Assembly: GCA_038897215.1 (NCBI GenBank)
Contig: JAWAWX010000001.1
Coordinates: 960,001-1,024,000, forward strand
Length of the DNA: 64,000 nucleotides
Direction: 5' to 3'
Origin: Acidilobaceae archaeon
GTDB lineage: Archaea; Thermoproteota; Thermoprotei_A; Sulfolobales; Acidilobaceae
Below are positions 1-9,520 of the stretch, in pieces. How positions within the stretch are numbered: position 1 is the stretch's first letter; each line of letters starts with the position of its first letter. Below the pieces are notes generated by a model. That model did not search any database, was not told the DNA's origin, and was given only the letters and a program-made list of their open reading frames with translations. The translations under genes were made by a program, and so were the position numbers.

Positions 1-118
1 TCAGTGGCGTCAAAGAACAGGGAGAATCCGGCACATGAAGATGAAAGGGATATCTACTAATCACTGCCGGTCTTTAACCTCTGGCCGCACACCATGTATA
101 GTGGAGGTGTTACTGTGT

Positions 119-550
119 TTGGCTGAGAAGTGTCCTCCCGAGAAGACCATCCTCGACCAAATGTACGGCATCAGGGTGTGCGCCGAGACCGGGGAGGTCG
201 TCGAGGAGTCGGTGGTGTCGGATGACGCGGAGTGGAGAGCGTACACGGCTGAGGAGAAGGCCAGAAGGGCTAGGACCGGCGGTGTTGTCTCTATCACCGA
301 GCCGAATATGGGCATAGGGGCTGTCATCGGGCCGGTGAGGCCGCCCGGGGGCAGGAGAGTTAGGGGGATCTCGAGGTCTCCGGACGCGGCTAGAGTGCGG
401 AGAGCTTTCAAGAGAATCCGATACGTGGGATAGAAAGCTTGAGGTGCAGGTGCCTCACTGCCTCAGTGGTCTGTGAGAGGAATCCGACACATTGAGTTGA
501 AAGGCTTATCGGATAATGGGAGATCTCTCGATTCTCGGCGGCCTTAGTGA
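119..550 (+). pseudogene. tfb: Decayed transcription initiation factor IIB (TFB) copy; intact N-terminus to stop at 433, degraded cyclin-repeat remnants beyond
   Basis: GGAGGTG SD (103-109) before TTG at 119; crenarchaeal-type ribbon and B-reader CPPEK...GIRVCAETGEVVEE...EWRAYTAEEK..RARTG; after stops at 431 and 440 the frame reads LPQW...KGL..GRSLDS, resembling TFB core repeat 1. Confidence 0.7.
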
Positions 551-705
551 CAGGAATCCTGTGCATGGGATTGGAAGAGAAGTGGGGAGTACTGAGGGCT
601 CCGGTTTTCCAAGCGGGTTTGGTGCGTTGAGTTGAGGGGTTTGGGCGGAAGGTGTATTAGCGTTTTCTGCTTTCTGGGTGTCTTCTTGCGGGGGGCTTGG
701 GGGTG

Positions 706-1062
706 ATGTGTGTGGAGGGTTCTGGTGTGGGTTCTGAGGTTTCTATTGAGGAGTTTCGGAGGCTTGACTTGAGGGTTGGGAGGGTTGTTGTTGCTGAGAG
801 TGTTCCTGGTAGTAGTAAGTTGTTGAGGCTTGTGGTCGATATTGGGGGTGAGCAGAGGCAGGTTTTGGCTGGGATCGCTAGATGGTATAAGCCGGAGGAG
901 CTTGTGGGGAAGCTTGTCGTTGTTGTCGTTAACTTGAAGCCGAAGGTTATGGCTGGCTTGGTGAGTCAAGGCATGATTCTAGCCGCTGGCTGCGGGCCCG
1001 GGGATAGGCCTGTCTTGGTTACCGTAGAAGAGCCTGTGCCTCCCGGCTCGAGGGTTTGCTGA
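706..1062 (+). CDS. Stand-alone tRNA-binding OB-fold protein (MetRS C-terminal/beta subunit, Trbp111/CsaA-like); start 706 or 727
   Basis: SIEEFRRLDLRVGRV...KLLRLVVDIG..RQVLAGI..Y.PEELVGK.VVVV.NLKP..MAG..SQGMILAA. Confidence 0.9.
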   Translation: MCVEGSGVGSEVSIEEFRRLDLRVGRVVVAESVPGSSKLLRLVVDIGGEQRQVLAGIARWYKPEELVGKLVVVVVNLKPKVMAGLVSQGMILAAGCGPGDRPVLVTVEEPVPPGSRVC

Positions 1063-1669
1063 GCTCATAGTATACTCTTCTCTCCGCTATGTTGACTACC
1101 GCTACTCCGTCTAGGCGCGCTAGCCTAGCCGCCTCCTCTAGGGGTGCTGGTGTAGTCTTGTCTCTGAGCGAGTGGTACAGTCTGATCTTCTCCTGGAGCT
1201 CTCTCAACTCCTGCTCTGAGCGCTCTTGGGGTTGCTTGAGGAGCGAGGACGGCACTGGGATTCTCACGTGGGAGGGCGTTGCTAGGACTACTAGAGCGTC
1301 TAGGCTAGATAGCTTGAACGCCTTCCAGACCACTCTAGACTCGAGGTACTCCTCGAGCCTCGAGATCCACCTAGATGGAACGTAGCCGGACTCTATCTCG
1401 ACCACGACTCGAGTATCTCCTAGCGTAGCGTAGATATCAACGAAGCCCCCGTTGAGAGCAACCTCAGGCTCTACTCTGAAGCCTCGCGAGCAGAGGTCAG
1501 CTGCTACAATCATCTGCGTTATAGCGTGAAGAGAGCTGAGAGCTCCTAGAGCACGCATCTTCAACACTCTCTTCAAAGCGCTAGCGCACGAGGAGCTCTC
1601 AGCAGACCCAGCGACATCCCCGTAGACCTGTAGAGTTGCCAGGAAGCCTCTCGACACCCCTCTATCCAA
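1019..1669 (-). CDS. Hypothetical protein, probable PD-(D/E)xK nuclease fold
   Basis: 216 aa ORF with host codon usage; EPEV...FVDIYA...VVVEIESG pattern. Confidence 0.55.
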   Translation of the reverse strand: MDRGVSRGFLATLQVYGDVAGSAESSSCASALKRVLKMRALGALSSLHAITQMIVAADLCSRGFRVEPEVALNGGFVDIYATLGDTRVVVEIESGYVPSRWISRLEEYLESRVVWKAFKLSSLDALVVLATPSHVRIPVPSSLLKQPQERSEQELRELQEKIRLYHSLRDKTTPAPLEEAARLARLDGVAVVNIAERRVYYELSKPSSREAQALLR

Positions 1670-1833
1670 TAACTTCTGCCCAGCTCCATCTAGGAAGACT
1701 GCTCTCTAAAAGCTCCACTACTGGGAGGTAGCGATGCTAGCTCGAGAGTAGAGCCTTGGAGAGGATTACTCTTTAGCCTTTAGGAGTAGCAGGAGCTAGA
1801 GCTGGTAGCGTGGCGCGCTACCCTTCCCTAAGG

Positions 1834-2295
1834 CTAGGAGGCTGCTCTGGATGCTAGCACTACTTCTCCTCCAGCGCTCTCCACTTTCTTCACTGCGCTC
1901 TCGCTAGCCTCCGCTACTATGACTTTGACTGGGAGCTTTATCTCGCCTTCTCCGAGCAGCTTGTGTACCCCCATCTCGCTGAGGTTCACTACGTAGAGCC
2001 CGTTCTCTACTACCGCCTCGCCTCTAGCTATCATCGCTTCTACCATGTCTTGAACGTCTCCGACGTTGACTACTCTCTTCTCGAATCCAGCGAGCATCCT
2101 CCTCCTCACGAAGCCCCTCTTGCCGAACCAGTCTGGAGCATACTTTATCGTCCATGTCCACTCATGCTTGCCCAGCCCTGCTGCTCCAGTACCGCCTCTA
2201 GACCCGGATTTTCTATGCTGGCCTATGCTACCCCAGCCCATGGTTCTAGTCCTTCCGCGAAGCTTCCTAACCTTCTTCCTGCGCCTGACTACCAC
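1834..2295 (-). CDS. rpl15: 50S ribosomal protein uL15
   Basis: RKLRGRTRTMGWG...GSRGGTG.AG..KH, KLLGEG, A..KVESAGGEV. Confidence 0.97.
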   Translation of the reverse strand: MVVRRRKKVRKLRGRTRTMGWGSIGQHRKSGSRGGTGAAGLGKHEWTWTIKYAPDWFGKRGFVRRRMLAGFEKRVVNVGDVQDMVEAMIARGEAVVENGLYVVNLSEMGVHKLLGEGEIKLPVKVIVAEASESAVKKVESAGGEVVLASRAAS

Positions 2296-2308
2296 TACGC
2301 CTCCCCCC

Positions 2309-2791
2309 CTAGATCATCCTCTTGAGTAGCTCGTTTATCGCTGCTCCTCTGTATCCTAGCTCTCCTCCCTGCTGATACATCTTCTTTATGCTTCTATCGA
2401 ACCCGCCTCTGGGTGGGTGTAGTCTGAAGAAGGGCTTCACTCCTAGAGCTTTGAGTTCGTGGTAGTGGATCTCGCCTGAGAGCATCTTGTCGGCTAGCTC
2501 CTCTATCCCGCCTCTCAGCCCGAGTTTAGATATTACGTAGTCTTCTGTGAGAGGCTTGTCGCCCACTACTCTGCCTCTTCTCCTCAAGAGCTCTACTAGC
2601 GTCTCTCTCGAGACCTCTCCCCAGGTTACCCAGGACTCTACGGTCTTGAGCATGCCCTCTAGCCCGGGTAGGCTACTGTGGTATAGCGATGCTGTGAATC
2701 TTCTCCGCAGTCTTAGCAGTGATAGAGTGTGCTCTACCTCGGGGCGCGTGTCTACCGTGCCTCTAAGCCTGATTATAGCGTAAAGCGGCAC
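2309..2791 (-). CDS. rpl30: 50S ribosomal protein uL30
   Basis: AIIRLRG...TL.LLRL, FRLHPPRGGF, GELGYRG..INELLKRM. Confidence 0.97.
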   Translation of the reverse strand: MPLYAIIRLRGTVDTRPEVEHTLSLLRLRRRFTASLYHSSLPGLEGMLKTVESWVTWGEVSRETLVELLRRRGRVVGDKPLTEDYVISKLGLRGGIEELADKMLSGEIHYHELKALGVKPFFRLHPPRGGFDRSIKKMYQQGGELGYRGAAINELLKRMI

Positions 2792-2798
2792 AGTGTAG

Positions 2799-3431
2799 TC
2801 ACCTCAGCCAGTCTAGAGGGGTCACGAAGTCGAAGGTTCTCTTCAAAGCCTCGTAGGTAGCTCTAGCGAAGTTGTAGGTCGTCCTGGTCTCGCCTCTGCT
2901 GAATGTCCAGACGTCGCTCAAGCCTGCTAGCTTCAACACAATCTTTGCTATGTCGCCGGCAACGAGCCCAGTCCCTAGTGGAGCGGGCTTGAGGACTACC
3001 TCGACGCTCCCGCTCTTGCCTCTAACAGTGAACGGGACTGTGTGCGGCCTCCCGCACGTGCACTCCCAGCTACCGCAGCCTCTCCTAACCGGGGTTATGT
3101 TGAGCTTAGCGTTCCTTATCGCTTTCTCTATGGCTATCCTGAACTGTCTAGCCTTCCCCTTGCCTACTCCCACGTACCCGTCTCTATTCCCCACGACTAC
3201 GACCACACGGTACCTAGATATCCTGCCGGAGTCCGTCATCTTCTGGACTAGAGCCGTGTCTATGATCTCGTGCTCTAGGTTGGGGAGCAGGTAGTCTACT
3301 ATCTCCGGCTCTAGGATAGGCAGGCTTGCTCTAAACAGCTGGTCTATGCTAGTTATCCTCCCCTCTTTAACGAGCCTGCCTACTCTGGTTCTAGGAACCC
3401 ACTCTCTCAGAGTCTCCGAAGCCATGCTCAC
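2799..3431 (-). CDS. rps5: 30S ribosomal protein uS5
   Basis: [39 protein letters not shown]. Confidence 0.98.
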   Translation of the reverse strand: MSMASETLREWVPRTRVGRLVKEGRITSIDQLFRASLPILEPEIVDYLLPNLEHEIIDTALVQKMTDSGRISRYRVVVVVGNRDGYVGVGKGKARQFRIAIEKAIRNAKLNITPVRRGCGSWECTCGRPHTVPFTVRGKSGSVEVVLKPAPLGTGLVAGDIAKIVLKLAGLSDVWTFSRGETRTTYNFARATYEALKRTFDFVTPLDWLR

Positions 3432-4081
3432 TCCCCGGGCGCTCCTCTCGCTGATACGCTAGCTCCTCCAGCTATCTCTGCTACTCTCTGACTGTACTCT
3501 GCTCTTATTCTAGCCAGCACTTCGTTGAAGTGTCTAGGCAAATCCTCCGGCTTAAGGCCTCTCTCTAGGTACTTGGAGAACTGCCTCTTGTAGACCTCGG
3601 GGCTAGATGAAGCCAGCTCGCTAGCCCACATGGCTATATGCCTACACTCTATCCTCTCTCCTGGTGGAAGAATCTCGGGTGAGTGGGGGACCATCAAGCC
3701 AGCGTCTAGCGCGCCCTTGAGAGCAGCGAAGACTCTAGAGCCTGGAGAGGGTCTATGCAAGCCTATATCTAGAACAGCCTCTCTCACTCCCTTCGAGAGA
3801 GCTCTATAACCAGCTAGGAGTCCTGTGAGGTACGCTGCGCAAGTGTTGTTAGTGTCTCCCAGCCATCCGTAGAGCTTGACGAGCTCTCTGCTATGAGCTG
3901 CTGCTATCGTCCTATCTCCTGGGATCGTTGCTTCCACCACTTGGACTATTATGTACTTGTTAGTCTTCCTGACAACTAGCCTAGGCTTTCTGGAAGCGAT
4001 GAGCTTGACTCTCTTGTAGTAGTTAGTCTTACCCTCCCTCCTTCTCCTCAAGGGGACTCTATACGTGGGCCCTCGAGCCAT
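3428..4081 (-). CDS. rpl18: 50S ribosomal protein uL18
   Basis: [44 protein letters not shown]. Confidence 0.98.
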   Translation of the reverse strand: MARGPTYRVPLRRRREGKTNYYKRVKLIASRKPRLVVRKTNKYIIVQVVEATIPGDRTIAAAHSRELVKLYGWLGDTNNTCAAYLTGLLAGYRALSKGVREAVLDIGLHRPSPGSRVFAALKGALDAGLMVPHSPEILPPGERIECRHIAMWASELASSSPEVYKRQFSKYLERGLKPEDLPRHFNEVLARIRAEYSQRVAEIAGGASVSARGAPGE

Positions 4082-4088
4082 AGGCGAT

Positions 4089-4547
4089 TCACCTTACAGC
4101 TACCCCTAGAGTCTTGAGGTGATTCTTCAGGTCGGAGAGGCTCCTGAAAGCGCCGCCTTTAGCCTTCATGTAGAGGCTTCTGTAGAGCTTCCTATCTATA
4201 ACCCCGTTGTCTCGAAGCCATCTGAGATACCTTCTGATCTTCCTGATCCTAGCGACCCACTGCTTCTCAGGGTCGCTTCGAGCCCCAGCCTCGCCCTTTC
4301 TCTTACCGTGACCTCTCCTCCTCCCCTTAGCTCTCTGCTTCCTCCTCTTCAGCCACCTGCTTCTCGAGTTCCCCTTCTCGGGCCTGACTTTGATCAGTCC
4401 TCTGGCTATGAGTCTAGCTACATCGTCTCGAGTCAAGGCTTGAGCTATCTCTTCTGCTTTCTCAGGGTCTGGGTCTATCCAGATCCTGCTCTCCCCGACT
4501 CCGAGAATCTCTGCTGCTAGCCTCCTCTGGAGACTGTAGTCTGTCAT
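4089..4547 (-). CDS. rpl19e: 50S ribosomal protein eL19
   Basis: [37 protein letters not shown]. Confidence 0.98.
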   Translation of the reverse strand: MTDYSLQRRLAAEILGVGESRIWIDPDPEKAEEIAQALTRDDVARLIARGLIKVRPEKGNSRSRWLKRRKQRAKGRRRGHGKRKGEAGARSDPEKQWVARIRKIRRYLRWLRDNGVIDRKLYRSLYMKAKGGAFRSLSDLKNHLKTLGVAVR

Positions 4548-4966
4548 CTGTTAGCCACCCTGAACCCTCTCTCCTCAGCTACCGCGACTAGCTCTGCTCT
4601 CTTCCTGAGACCGACTGCTGAAGCTATGTAGATGATGTGCCTGGATGGGTCGAGCTTCTCTAAGTCTTTAACGCTAGACACCACGACTGGCTCTAAGCCG
4701 CTGGGGTGCAGTCCTCTGATATCCTCGGGAGTCCCGTAGCCCGACTTCACTTTAGGAGGGTAGCCTTTGATCTCGAGCCTCACCTTGTTATCCTTACCCT
4801 TAGGCTTCCTCCAGGAATCGCGTCTCTCGAACTTCCAGTATCTGTAGTGGTGGTAGTGGACGAAGTCCGGCTTCTCCTTCTTCTTGATCTCCTCCTGTCT
4901 TCTACGCAACTCTCTGAGAGCTTCTAGCCTGCTCCTACCCTCTGGACTACCGCTCTCTCCCATCAA
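4544..4966 (-). CDS. rpl32e: 50S ribosomal protein eL32
   Basis: WRKPKGKDNKVR, GYGTP..RGLHPSG, IASAVG.RKR. Confidence 0.97.
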   Translation of the reverse strand: MMGESGSPEGRSRLEALRELRRRQEEIKKKEKPDFVHYHHYRYWKFERRDSWRKPKGKDNKVRLEIKGYPPKVKSGYGTPEDIRGLHPSGLEPVVVSSVKDLEKLDPSRHIIYIASAVGLRKRAELVAVAEERGFRVANR

Positions 4967-5517
4967 GCCGCCACCTCTCTAGCGTATATGTAGATTCCAT
5001 CCATGAACTTCCTCCTATCCTTGCCCCGAGGTCTGGCTACTCTCTCGATCATGCCTGCTGTCATCCCGACTTTCTCCAGGTCTATGCCCTCTAGGATGAT
5101 ATCCTGACCTGAAACCTTGACTGAAACCCCCGGCGGCACCTCTACCACTCTGGGGGTCTTCTCGCCCAGGAAGTTGCTTATGATTATCTTGCCGTCACGG
5201 TAGGTCACGCTGATAGGGAAGTGCACGTAGATGACTTTAAGCTTGTATCTGAAGCCTTTGGTGACTCCTATAATCATGTTCTTTATGTGAGCCGCGATAG
5301 TCCCCACGAGAGCAGTCTCTCTAGCGTTGGGGAAGTACTTGTATACGATGACCTCTCTCGTAGGCTCAGAGTATTCTATCACTACTCCCTTAGCGTAAGA
5401 GAAGTCTCTCTCGAGCACTCCCTTAGGGCCTCTGACTACGACTCTACTCCCCTCTACCTTCACCTCGACCTCTTCGGGCACAGCTATCCTCCGCTCTTCC
5501 ACCACTCTCCTAGCCAT
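4963..5517 (-). CDS. rpl6: 50S ribosomal protein uL6
   Basis: VRGPKGVLERDF, HIKNMI.GVTKGF, HFPI, NFLGEK, DRRKFMDGIYI; ATG 5517 follows GGGGGAG SD. Confidence 0.97.
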   Translation of the reverse strand: MARRVVEERRIAVPEEVEVKVEGSRVVVRGPKGVLERDFSYAKGVVIEYSEPTREVIVYKYFPNARETALVGTIAAHIKNMIIGVTKGFRYKLKVIYVHFPISVTYRDGKIIISNFLGEKTPRVVEVPPGVSVKVSGQDIILEGIDLEKVGMTAGMIERVARPRGKDRRKFMDGIYIYAREVAA

Positions 5518-5670
5518 AGGCTCCCCCATTTAGCCCAAAGCACTCCTTGGGGGATCTCACGCTTATATAGGTTGCAGAGACTGCCCCCGGTAGGCGGAGC
5601 GTGTCTTCTGAGAGCTCTTTCTAAACTCAAGCTAAAAAGTCTCGAGAGTGAGTCTCGAGTGGTGCTCGCT

Positions 5671-6774
5671 TTGAGAGACCTCGATAAATTTGCTAGGCTC
5701 ATCGTCGAGTATTCGGCAGAAGTCTCTAAGGGAGACGAGGTCGTTATCCGCTTTGGAGTCGAGGCTCTCCCATTTGTGAGGACTTTAGTCAAGGCGATTG
5801 TAGAGAGGGGAGGCTATCCTAGACTAGAGCTGATAGACGAGGAGACCGCCGAGATATTCTTCAAGTACGCTACGAGAGAGGTTCTCGAGTACCTGTCGCC
5901 TATAGACAAGATGATAGCTGAGAAGATAAACGTCATGATTAGCGTGATCTCCTTCTCTCACACGAAGTACCTGGTCGGAGTAGACCCTGAGAGGATAAAG
6001 GTTAGGAGTGCTGCCACGAGAGAGCTCTCTGAGATATTCATGAGGAGAGATGGAGAGGGTAGCTTGAAGTGGACCGTGACGATATACCCTACCCGAGCTC
6101 TAGCTCAGGAGGCGGGCATGAGCATACTCGACTACGAGGAGTTCATCTACAGAGCTCTCAAGCTCTACGCGGAAGACCCTGTAGCCCACTGGAGAGAGAT
6201 AGCCGCCAAGCAGGAGAAGCTAGCTGAGAGGCTATCTAGGATCTCGGAGATCAGGGTAGTAGACTCAGACACAGACCTCACTCTCTCAGTAGCCGGGAGA
6301 AGGTGGGTCAACGATGACGGCAAGAAGAACATGCCGGGAGGAGAGGTCTTCACAGGACCCGTGGAGGAAAGCGTGGAGGGCTACATAGCTTTCACCTACC
6401 CCTCTATCTGGAGAGGGTACGAGGTAGAGGGCGTCAAGCTAGTATTCAGGAGAGGAGAGGTAGTGGAGGCTACTGCCGTCAAGGGGGAGGAGTTCTTGAA
6501 GAAGATGCTCGAGACCGATGAGGGGGCTAGGAGAGTGGGAGAGTTCGCTTTCGGTCTGAACTACGACATTAGGAGATTCACCAAGCAGATACTCCTAGAT
6601 GAGAAGATAGGAGGAACCATACACCTAGCTCTAGGCTCCGGGTACCATACAACAGGGTCTAAGAACAGGTCGGCGATACACTGGGACATGATAAAAGACA
6701 CGTCTAAAGCCAAGATATACGGAGACGGAGACCTCATATACGAGAACGGCAGGTTCCTGTGGGAAGTGCTGTAG
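5671..6774 (+). CDS. Aminopeptidase, M29 (AmpS/PepS/AmpT) family
   Basis: NMPGGEVFTGP, GARRVGEFAFG, DEKIGGTIHLALG, SAIHWDM; start reassigned to TTG 5671 after GGTG. Confidence 0.92.
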   Translation: MRDLDKFARLIVEYSAEVSKGDEVVIRFGVEALPFVRTLVKAIVERGGYPRLELIDEETAEIFFKYATREVLEYLSPIDKMIAEKINVMISVISFSHTKYLVGVDPERIKVRSAATRELSEIFMRRDGEGSLKWTVTIYPTRALAQEAGMSILDYEEFIYRALKLYAEDPVAHWREIAAKQEKLAERLSRISEIRVVDSDTDLTLSVAGRRWVNDDGKKNMPGGEVFTGPVEESVEGYIAFTYPSIWRGYEVEGVKLVFRRGEVVEATAVKGEEFLKKMLETDEGARRVGEFAFGLNYDIRRFTKQILLDEKIGGTIHLALGSGYHTTGSKNRSAIHWDMIKDTSKAKIYGDGDLIYENGRFLWEVL

Positions 6775-6899
6775 CGCCATCTCTAAGCACTCACTGTACT
6801 CCAGCCCATCTAGCCGCTCGACTCAGCTCTAACCCTCGAGGGCTCTGCTTTATCTAATCGCTTAAGGCTTATAGAACTCCGCTCGAGTAGTCTCTCTCG

Positions 6900-6957
6900 G
6901 TGGAGAGTAGAACCCGGTCTGCTGAGAGGCTTCGATGAAGAGTCCTAGTCCATCTGA
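6900..6957 (+). ncRNA. Candidate box C/D methylation-guide sRNA
   Basis: C-like GTGGAGA 6900-6906, D' CTGA 6922-6925, C' TCGATGA 6932-6938, D CTGA 6954-6957; TATA-like TTATA about 30 nt upstream. Confidence 0.55.
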
Positions 6958-8165
6958 CTTCTCATCCGCCTCCTCTTCCTGAATACAGTGATAGCCACTG
7001 CCGCCACGAGGATTGCTAGAGCTATGAGCGATGTGGCTATGAGAGCTGGAGCTATGAACTCCGTGAGCTTCAGCTCTTCGACTTCTCTCAAGAGAGCTAG
7101 ATAGGCTGACTTATCGTTAGCTATAGCTCCAGCTACTGCTATCGTAGAGTCCAACCTCGCTAGCGCTAGAGCTATCACTTCTCTATTAGCTACTTGGGTT
7201 AGATTAGCTACTTTCTCGAGCCTGAAGCCAGCTTCTAGCGAGAAGCTGTATCTAGCGATCAGCACTCCCTGCTCGGTTACTGCTGTAGCGTAGACTCTAC
7301 CAGAGTCCGCTACGAGAGCCGAGAATGCTCCGCGAGTATCTCCTATCGAGTGCCCGGCTTTCACGGGCTCTTCTGTGGTCATGTAGATGAGTATTGGGTG
7401 GTAGGATTCTCCAACGACTATACTCCCGGCTACGAGTAGAGCTAGGTCGAGGCAGCTGCAATCGTAGGGAATTATGGGAGTCGAGGTGTTGTAGTTCAGG
7501 ATCCTCAAGAGAGAGCCCGCTGGTGAGACTAGAGCTACGCTGAGCCCGTGGCTAGCCGAAAACGCTACGACTGCCACCCCGTCTCTTCGGAGAGCTATGC
7601 AGGCTGAGGGCTTGAAGAGCGTTGCATCTGGTAGCTGTATAGTCCACTCTACCTCGCGGGGTGAGATCTTAGAGGCTACTAGAGCGTCTCCGCTAACAGC
7701 AACTACTAGAGATGAGCCTCCCCAGATAGAGCCATAGACTATCGTGATACCTCGAGGCAGGCTGATCGTGGAGTCTACGGAGACCCGGGGAGCGGCTAGA
7801 GAGACTGTTATGAAGTAGAGAACCGCAGAGCCACCCTCATCTACCGCTGCTAGCACGCGTATAGCGTCTGCTTCTAGAACCGAGTCTAGTATGTAGAGAC
7901 TTCTCCCAGCTACTCTCTCGAAGACAAGTCTCTCGATAACATCAGGGCTCGCTCTATCTATCTTAGAGACCACGAGATAGCCTCCGCGAGAGCCGATTAC
8001 GTAGTAGATTCTACCGTATGCCATCACGTGAGTATAGCTATCTACCTGGTCGTCAACGCTCTGCCATAGCAACTCGAGGAAGACAGTGCTTGCTGAAGAC
8101 AGCCCCGTTGTCGACAACGCTAGGAGAGTGAGAGCGAGAGCAGACATCACCCTAAGCCAATACAA
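6945..8165 (-). CDS. Exported, C-terminally membrane-anchored hypothetical protein (beta-rich)
   Basis: Signal-like MYWLRVMSALALTLLALS if started at TTG 8165; C-terminal TM helix followed by RKRRR; start uncertain (ORF open to 8342). Confidence 0.7.
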   Translation of the reverse strand: MYWLRVMSALALTLLALSTTGLSSASTVFLELLWQSVDDQVDSYTHVMAYGRIYYVIGSRGGYLVVSKIDRASPDVIERLVFERVAGRSLYILDSVLEADAIRVLAAVDEGGSAVLYFITVSLAAPRVSVDSTISLPRGITIVYGSIWGGSSLVVAVSGDALVASKISPREVEWTIQLPDATLFKPSACIALRRDGVAVVAFSASHGLSVALVSPAGSLLRILNYNTSTPIIPYDCSCLDLALLVAGSIVVGESYHPILIYMTTEEPVKAGHSIGDTRGAFSALVADSGRVYATAVTEQGVLIARYSFSLEAGFRLEKVANLTQVANREVIALALARLDSTIAVAGAIANDKSAYLALLREVEELKLTEFIAPALIATSLIALAILVAAVAITVFRKRRRMRSQMD

Positions 8166-8503
8166 GACTCTGACCCTAGAGTCTACTAAAGCGAGTGGAT
8201 ATATCCCTTGTAGAGACTCCCGGCTAGCTGGAGGTCGGGTCTCCTCCTGCTTAGAGCTCGCGGACTCGCTCGCTTCCAGGATACCTGCTCTTCTCCTCGT
8301 ATCCGAGAGCTCCCGCCTCGCCAGCACCGACTCTGGTGCCATGCTGGCTCACGAGTCGTCATAGGCCGGGTGACGGTGCTCTAAGCGCTACTTCCATAGC
8401 GTTCACTGCTTCGTAGAGCATGCTGAGCCTGTAGCGCTCCGCGAGGAGAGAGAAGACATCTCCTTTAAGCCTGACCTCTAGAGAGAGGCTTGAGGAGGTC
8501 TAG

Positions 8504-9520
8504 GTGAGCGCTCGGAGACATAGCGGTGTAAGCACGAGACCTGCTAGAGGCTGTGAGCTCTGCGCTATGGGAGCCAAGTCTGTGATCTTCATCACAGGCC
8601 TATGTCCTGAAGACTGTTTCTACTGCCCTATCAGTCCTGAGAAGTGGAGAGCTGATGTGATGTACGTGAACGAAGAGAGAGTCTATAGCGTAGACGAGCT
8701 GGTGATAGAGGTGTCTAGAGCTTCCTCTCTGGGAGCCGGCATAACGGGAGGAGAGCCACTCGTAGTCTTGGATAGAGTGCTGGATGCGATCACAGCTCTC
8801 AAGGAGCACTTCGGAGAGAGCTTCCACATACATCTATACACGAGCGGCTCTCAGGGGCTCACGAGGCACGTGCTAAGCCTCTGGAGCGCTGGCCTTGATG
8901 AGATAAGATTCCACCCAGTAACCCCCAGAGCTTTCGAGCTAGCTGAGTACGCTGTTAGAGAGACCGGGATGGATGTGGGCTTCGAGATACCGATAGCTCC
9001 AGGGCTCGAGAAGTGGGCTATGGGAGTAGTGGAGGAGGCGTCGAGGATAGGGGCTAAGTTCGTGAACCTCAACGAGATGGAGTTTAGCGAGAGAAACTCG
9101 AGAAGACTACTCCTCCGGGGGCTCAAGCCGAGCAGAGTGAGACCATACGCTGTAGAGGGGGCTCTCGAGGCGGCGAGAAGAGTGCTAGAGTGGGCTAGAG
9201 AGCACTCGAGCGTCTACGTTCACTTCTGCCCAGTCAGCTTCAAGGACTCGGTTCAGCTAAAGAACAGGATGAGGAGACTAGCTGAAGCCGATGCCAGATG
9301 GTTTGAGAAAGTAACGGAGGAGGGAACAGTAGTATGGGGAGAGCTCGAGTGCAGAGAAGAGCCAGTAGAGGAGAGCGAGAAGTGTAGAGAGGGGAGAGTC
9401 TGCCTGCCCCCCGACGAGAGCAAGCTTAGGAGAATAGCGAGAGAGAAAGACTGCCGAGTATTCCTCGTAGAAGCATACCCGACGAGGAATAGGATGGTGC
9501 TACACGAGGAAGAGCTCTAA
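8504..9520 (+). CDS. Radical SAM protein, uncharacterised archaeal family
   Basis: GC..C..GAK.V.FITG.CPEDCFYCP (CX3CX2C), GITGGEP, HIHLYT, GLDEIRFHP. Confidence 0.9.
   Translation: MSARRHSGVSTRPARGCELCAMGAKSVIFITGLCPEDCFYCPISPEKWRADVMYVNEERVYSVDELVIEVSRASSLGAGITGGEPLVVLDRVLDAITALKEHFGESFHIHLYTSGSQGLTRHVLSLWSAGLDEIRFHPVTPRAFELAEYAVRETGMDVGFEIPIAPGLEKWAMGVVEEASRIGAKFVNLNEMEFSERNSRRLLLRGLKPSRVRPYAVEGALEAARRVLEWAREHSSVYVHFCPVSFKDSVQLKNRMRRLAEADARWFEKVTEEGTVVWGELECREEPVEESEKCREGRVCLPPDESKLRRIAREKDCRVFLVEAYPTRNRMVLHEEEL

Noticed and set aside
544-969. His/Asn/Pro/Thr-rich minus-strand ORF
   Set aside because: Artefact of the local G+T skew opposite a real gene
1804-1822. Hairpin GGTAGCG/CGCTACC after rpl15
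   Set aside because: No U-tract; archaeal termination does not need hairpins; could be chance
5221-5670. 150-aa N-terminal extension of the aminopeptidase ORF
   Set aside because: Overlaps rpl6 antisense; family similarity and SD start at 5671
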